Part shown: positions 60,791 to 64,000 of the stretch, in pieces
Layout: each line of letters opens with the position of its first letter
How positions within the stretch are numbered: position 1 is the stretch's first letter
Notes under the pieces: generated by a model
Told to the model about the DNA's origin: nothing
Databases searched by the model: none
Seen by the model: only the letters and a program-made list of their open reading frames with translations
Origin: Pseudogymnoascus verrucosus
Lineage: Eukaryota
Direction: 5' to 3' (one strand)
DNA length: 64,000 nucleotides
Assembly (NCBI GenBank): GCA_001662655.1
Contig: KV460260.1
Translations under genes and position numbers: made by a program

Positions 60791-63010
60791 TTAAGTTGGA
60801 ACCACAAGCATTTCTAATGGTTTCACAACGAAACCATACACTTTTTGTGTAAAAGTTGTATCTTTCCAATTTAGTGTCCCGTTCAAGGGACAAGATATGC
60901 ACCACCTGATGATTGGTTCCATCTTTGGTTCCTCTTCCGCGACCATCTCTAACCAGTCAATCGCACAGAGGTAATCGGTACCATCGAGTGCTTTTCCGTC
61001 AGAAGATAAATGGGCCTTTCGCAGCGACTGCTGGTTTTCGATCGCTTCACCGAAACAAAGCTCAAGCAGTAACATACCAAGACAGCGGAGAGTTTTGCGT
61101 GGATCTATGGGAAGAATCCCAGTAGTATTTGGCTCTTGGGAAACAGAATCGCCTGGCTTTGAGGCGACGAATTTATGACTGATATATGGTTCCTCTGCAA
61201 GTATATCAGGCCCTTGGTGGTAGAAGAAAATGTTTTTCTTTTCTAGTTTCTCAGCGAGCCAGGGAGTAGCGTGTAGTTGTAACAGGGAGGAGGCTACAAT
61301 ACTTGCTAACTTGTATCGCTTTTGTCTGCTCAGTTTCAAGTGGCCGTTGCTTGTGAGTAACTTTTCGAGGCTGATTTCCCCTAGACTCGGAGGGGCTTGC
61401 CGTGTATCTTTAATCCACCGCACTTCGTGCTCCTGATGCACGTTATCTGAGAGACAACCAAAGAATTCCACATCCGGATCAAGGCCTTTCATGGCCGAGC
61501 ACAAGTCTTTGATCTTGATATTGACAAGGGGCTCCTCTTTAGTCAAAGGCGGCGCTGGTGGTGGTGGCGGCGGTGTGACTAGGCAGCTTTGTTGCGAGGC
61601 ATCTAGACAAGGTTTCGCACCCTGGGCATTTCTAGGTTCTGTTGGCAGGTCGGGTACAAAACGAAGAGTTTTCTTGGGTTTGAATTTTGGCATTGATATC
61701 AATTTGCTAGAAAGTGTTAGTATCTGATTCCGAAAATATATATAAAGGTTTCCGCAAAATAACTTGCCTTGAGTGTTTATCTACCAAAGTTCCTGTTCCA
61801 TCTAGAATCTCGCTCTTTGGAAATATGCTTCTCAAGCTAAAGCTAGATGAGACAGAAGAGGATGATGAACGCAGACCGGGCCGAACTAGAAGGGTCGGAC
61901 TGCTGACATCAGGAGGCGATTTTGGCTGAAAGTGGGTCCTCAGTTGAGTTATATATGTCTCTTCAACTAGAACAGGCTGTGTACTCTCTGGTGTTGGGGT
62001 ATCTTGTGAATCTTTGGCATAGATGAGTAATTTGCGCCTCGAATTTGCTGAAGTTGGTTCTCGTTGTGGCAGTGCTAAGTTTATGATAAACCTCGGCGGG
62101 CAATCGCTTGCTTGTCGTTTTTGCAATTGAAGGTTAGCCAAGTGGCTCACTTCGCAATTGCAGTTCCAGCTGTTTTTGATTACAGAGTGTAGAGTAGCTG
62201 CATGGCGTCTGATATTCTCAAACAATTCCCCCCAACTTGTACCGTTTGGAACAGGCTTCATGCCTTCAAAGGTGTCGTTGGTGCCGTCAAGGAGACGCAA
62301 GAGTCTCTCCAAATCCTTGATCTTCTTCTCGAGTGACTGGACGGTCCTTTTCCCATTCTCACTAAAACTAAGCTCGATTCTCTTTAACTGATATTTCCAT
62401 TGGTTCTTCCCAGAAACCGCCCAATCGACCTATGAGTCTCGAGTTAGTTGTGTAGTCACTTAGGTGGCCTTGTACTAATACATACAGTTCCATCTTTTAA
62501 AGACATCATAGCCTGTAGATCTACCATGTCCTCATTCATTGTTCTTAGAATATCTGCCGCCACATTAGTACAGCAAAAATCCAATTGTAAAGAGAGAGAT
62601 AAGGAGCTGTAGGCTGTCTCAGAAGCCTGTATACGACTACCAGGGCATCCTAAAACAAGAGAACAACTTTTAGTACGAGAATAAGACGTACCCATGCAAG
62701 CATCATGCGCGTTCCCGAGCCGCGACCTCAAGGCCTCAACAACGTCACTCCGGTGCCAGCCTTCATAATTCGCTATCGTTAGCAGCCTCTGCTTTTCTTC
62801 TGGCTCGAGTTGTACTGGGGCCAAAAGATTTATCAGCACCAGCCTGAACATTTGCTTCTGGGTATCAACGGCGGTGATGAACTCCCGGAAGACGAGTTTA
62901 AATAGTTTCCATCTACGCAATGGCTCAAATCCCTTCTTGTAATGCTCTCCGACGGAGATAATGAGGGGCAATCCTCCTAGGACCAGGCCGATGACCTCAA
63001 CTCCAGACAT
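60791..63010 (-). CDS. Hypothetical protein with an N-terminal MSGxExxGLVLG helical domain and a C-terminal DUF7580-like domain
   Basis: MSGVEVIGLVLGGLPLIISVGEHY; WNCNC..H; RYKLASIVASSLLQLHATPWL; LGMLLLELCFG. Introns 62554-62691, ~62430-62483 and GC-AG 61707-61767. Confidence 0.8.
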
Positions 63011-63461
63011 CGCGAGGTTAAATTAGCCTACTTCTTGATAATTTAACGTATTCTTTATATTAAGGCTGAAGAGGCTGAAGAAGAGTTCGCCTCGATTATC
63101 GCGACACTGTATTTCTATCCCTGTCTGCATGCGCCTAATACCGCAGGTGTCACACCACCATTGGTTAAGCACGCGCGAGGCGCCTCATCTCTTCGAGTTT
63201 CTCTCAGCCTTGACAAAGGCTTCTTTGTGAATGCAAATCAAATTTATCTTATCATTCCACAATCCATACCTTCTACATGAGTTGGGGGACATACCCGCTT
63301 TCCGTCCAACAGAATCCTACGGGACACCTTTAGCGGATCAGTGATCTATACAACCTTCGAGACTAGCGCTGAATGCACTAGCTGGGAGCCTCTAAACTAT
63401 TAAAAGGTACTAAAGGTAACCAGCTACCAAACTCGGATTTAAATAAGTGGTCTCTGCCAGG

Positions 63462-64000
63462 ATGGTGGACCAAGATTCTCCTGCTGGCCCGTCCCATCCA
63501 CCGGCGCCTAGTCCCATTTCCTCACAGGCACGGTACTGCCTGAAGCGTTTTGAAACGATATGCGATGAACTACAAAATCTTAAAGAAGAAATAGCTATTC
63601 AAAATGGATATAACCGGAACGTTGTACTCCTGACGATGCAAGATTCCTGTGCGAAGTTCAAGGCTTGGGGTACTTCCATCGCCGCGTTCCGAAACGTGCA
63701 TGTTCCAACTTCTCTCGATTTCCGTCTCAGAGACGCCCTTGAGATTCGCAGCACGCTTTTGGGGGTATTGGAATATCTTGGAGAATATCTAGACGATGGT
63801 TAGTCACACTTGAAAAGACGATATTAGGTTTGACTGATAGGTTTTAGCATATGAGATCATGTTAGGAAACAGTCCCAACCAAGCCGATGACGAGTCCATT
63901 AGCAGCGATTCGGAGAATGAACCAGAACAAAACGCTAGCAGTAAGGCTCTAAACCCAGCTCAAGAAACCTCGTACCTTCAAGAACTATGCATGGCTATCA
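63462..64000 (+). CDS. Hypothetical protein, 3'-partial
   Basis: ATG 63462; CLKRF...KFKAWGTSIAAF...SLDFRLRDA motif seen at the N-termini of large fungal accessory proteins; intron from ~63799; runs off the window end. Confidence 0.65.

Noticed and set aside
1..64000. Starship captain or other intact transposase/recombinase
   Set aside because: No long ORF with tyrosine-recombinase or DDE motifs was recognised.

Overview
Intron-rich filamentous ascomycete (Pezizomycotina) genomic DNA, not prokaryotic. It holds about 30 protein-coding loci and one intron-containing tRNA-Ser(GCT). Left part (0-15 kb): biotin genes bioDA (5'-partial) and bioB face each other but are separated by an ~11 kb insert. 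The insert contains a P450, a LaeA-like methyltransferase, a Zn2Cys6 factor, a frameshifted DHA2 MFS pump and a broken HET-type gene. Middle (15-44 kb): an MFS/FMO pair, three adjacent enzymes that all end in PTS1 peroxisomal signals (FMO -ARL, acyl-CoA dehydrogenase -SKL, CoA ligase -AKL), transcription factors, secreted proteins, an MpaB/DUF2236 oxygenase, cytochrome b5, an MFS/TauD pair and a germin-like cupin. Right part (44-64 kb) looks accessory: a spliced kinase-like/F-box-like fusion, two small Cys-rich secreted proteins, a TA-flanked MITE, a HET gene and a bacterial-type PL11 lyase. The most striking item is a 3.3 kb TGT...ACA element (56207-59517) with 58-bp TIRs and a 4-bp TATC target duplication. 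It carries a decayed Ginger/KRBA2-type integrase remnant and an intact passenger gene. All product calls come from motif recognition by eye; no database searches were run. Exon boundaries were inferred from splice signals.
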